Shown one piece after another: positions 22,532 to 24,000 of a stretch of DNA of 24,000 nucleotides. How positions within the stretch are numbered: the first letter of the stretch is position 1; each line of letters opens with the position of its first letter. Position numbers and translations under genes: made by a program. The DNA is from Paenibacillus sp. FJAT-29882. Lineage in GTDB: Bacteria > Bacillota > Bacilli > Bacillales > DSM-1321. The stretch lies in NCBI GenBank assembly GCA_001510645.1, contig LMVB01000001.1:1144436-1168435 (forward strand). The letters are read 5' to 3'. The notes under the pieces were generated by a model. That model did no database searches. It worked only from the letters and a program-made list of their open reading frames with translations, and had not been told where the DNA came from.

Positions 22532-24000
22532 TTAATTATCGATTTCTAGATTTTCAACCGGCCACCAGAAATGCCCGTCTTTTTCCAGCAGTTCATCGGC
22601 ACATTTGGGTCCTACGCTTCCAGCAACATAATTCGGGAAGGTTTCATCTTTCGTGTTTTCCCATACTTCCGAAATGATGTCAACGAATTTCCAAGATAGA
22701 GCCACTTCATCCCAGTGGGTGAAATTGGTGGCATCACCACGCATACTGTCGAATAATAACTTCTCATAGGCTTCAGGGGTATTCATTCGGTCAATGCTCG
22801 TATTGGAGAAGGATAGTCTTACAGGTTTCGTTTTCATTTGGTTACCGTTTTTCTTAGCGTTTAAGAGTAATGTAATTCCTTCCTCTGGCTGGATATGGAT
22901 GACAAGTAAGTTAGGATGGACATTTTCTTCTGGTTCCTTGCTATAGTATAAATTCATTGGAATATCTTTGAATTGGACAACAATTTTCGTTGATTTCACA
23001 TCCATGCGTTTTCCAGTTCGAATATAGAATGGTACTCCTGCCCATCGGAAATTATCAATGAGTAATTTACCCGCCACATATGTTTCGGTATTGGATTCAG
23101 AGTCGACCGACGACTCATTTCGGTAGCCAGGAAGTAAGGAATCTAAAACAGCACCTTCACCATATTGACCACGGACAAAGAAAGTTTCAACTTCTTCTTT
23201 CTTCATTGGACGTAGTGAACGCAATGCACGTGCTTTCTCGCTACGAATTTCTTCGTCCGTCAATTTGATTGGCGGTTCCATAGCAAGTAGGGCAACCATC
23301 TGCATAAGATGATTTTGGACCATATCACGAAGCGCTCCACTGGTTTCATAGTAACGACCTCGTTCCTCAACCCCAAGCGTCTCGCTAGAAGTCACTTGGA
23401 TATTGGATATGTACCGGTTGTTCCAAAGCGGTTCAAACATTGCGTTCGCAAAGCGAATTACTTCAATATTTTGGACCATTTCTTTTCCGAGATAATGATC
23501 AATTCGGTATATCTCATCTTCAGAGAAGGCTGTGCGAATTTGTTCATTAAGTGCTTGAGCTGATTCAAAGCTAGTCCCGAATGGTTTTTCAATCACGAGT
23601 CGTTTGTAGCCCGGCGTATCTGTCAAGCCCTGCCCTTTCACTTGCTCAGCAATTGTACCAAAGAATTCTGGAGCCATTGCTAAATAGAAAATTCGATTTC
23701 CTTTCAAATCATATTGTTCATCTAGCTTATCGGCAATTTCTTTTAATTCGATGTAGGATTCTGACCTACTCACATCATGGGAATGATAATAAAAATGTGA
23801 GGCAAATTCATCGACGTTTTCATGGCTGTCAGCAAAGGTCATAACAGAATCTTTAACATTTTCTTGAAATTGAGCATTTGTTAATGGTCTTCTAGCTACA
23901 CCAACAACAGCAAATTTCTCCATATTTTCTTTTTGAAACAATCGATAAATAGATGGAAATAGTTTTCGTTTGGCCAAATCTCCGGTGGCTCCAAAAAGGA
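22532..24000 (-). CDS. zwf: Glucose-6-phosphate 1-dehydrogenase (5' end runs off the window)
   Basis: The protein contains the G6PD active-site peptide RIDHYLGKE, plus EKPFG and VQNHLMQ. The reverse complement of the last bases encodes ..FGATGDLAKRKL, the NADP-binding GxxGDLA motif, so the frame stays open to base 24000. The true start is beyond the window, and the track's Met is an internal TTG (Leu) codon used as an alternative start. Confidence 0.92.
   Translation of the reverse strand, partial: LFGATGDLAKRKLFPSIYRLFQKENMEKFAVVGVARRPLTNAQFQENVKDSVMTFADSHENVDEFASHFYYHSHDVSRSESYIELKEIADKLDEQYDLKGNRIFYLAMAPEFFGTIAEQVKGQGLTDTPGYKRLVIEKPFGTSFESAQALNEQIRTAFSEDEIYRIDHYLGKEMVQNIEVIRFANAMFEPLWNNRYISNIQVTSSETLGVEERGRYYETSGALRDMVQNHLMQMVALLAMEPPIKLTDEEIRSEKARALRSLRPMKKEEVETFFVRGQYGEGAVLDSLLPGYRNESSVDSESNTETYVAGKLLIDNFRWAGVPFYIRTGKRMDVKSTKIVVQFKDIPMNLYYSKEPEENVHPNLLVIHIQPEEGITLLLNAKKNGNQMKTKPVRLSFSNTSIDRMNTPEAYEKLLFDSMRGDATNFTHWDEVALSWKFVDIISEVWENTKDETFPNYVAGSVGPKCADELLEKDGHFWWPVENLEIDN

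Noticed and set aside
1-24000. CRISPR arrays, rRNA or tRNA genes, and defence, secretion or biosynthetic clusters.
   Set aside because: There are no regularly spaced direct repeats and no long untranslated structured regions of rRNA or tRNA type. Every ORF over 150 aa has a confident housekeeping, transport or regulator family assignment. I see no evidence for such systems in this window.

Overview
This window looks like core chromosome from a Bacillaceae (Bacillus-like) genome, and almost every ORF over 150 aa falls into a well-known family. From left to right the window contains:
- the 3' end of ald, a class-III aminotransferase and a YeiH/PSE-family exporter;
- a very AT-rich GntR regulator and YitT-like membrane protein pair;
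- a metNIQ-type methionine ABC operon;
- an AT-rich spacer with an orphan 55-aa ORF, followed by an AEC transporter (-);
- a TetR-MFS efflux operon (-);
- a block that, from my memory of the B. subtilis map, is syntenic with its yqi-yqj region: artPQR-like amino-acid ABC transporter, yqjA-like exporter, yqjB-like L,D-transpeptidase, methylmalonyl-CoA epimerase, acyl-CoA carboxyltransferase, M20 peptidase, DNA polymerase IV, and zwf (-, truncated at the window edge). An ArsR-SRPBCC pair (-) sits between polymerase IV and zwf.

No rRNA, tRNA, CRISPR array, transposase or recognisable defence or secretion system was seen. I do not find a convincing novel multi-gene system.

The leads most worth a second look are:
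1. A family of nested palindromic intergenic elements, built from GGGTCTGACC and GGGACAGGCTCTT modules, at five spacers between 15.9 and 22.5 kb.
2. A nearly identical AACCAA(C/A)TGGTT palindrome just downstream of the predicted promoters of two unrelated repressor operons.
3. A MetN ATPase that lacks the C-terminal NIL domain and has no S-box leader.
4. Three unannotated small ORFs (55, 32 and 39 aa) with strong Shine-Dalgarno (SD) sites.
5. Two strongly AT-rich islets flanking metNIQ.
6. The ald-aminotransferase-PSE exporter adjacency.

Several ORF-track starts are over-extended at the N-terminus and have been corrected using ribosome-binding-site (RBS) positions.
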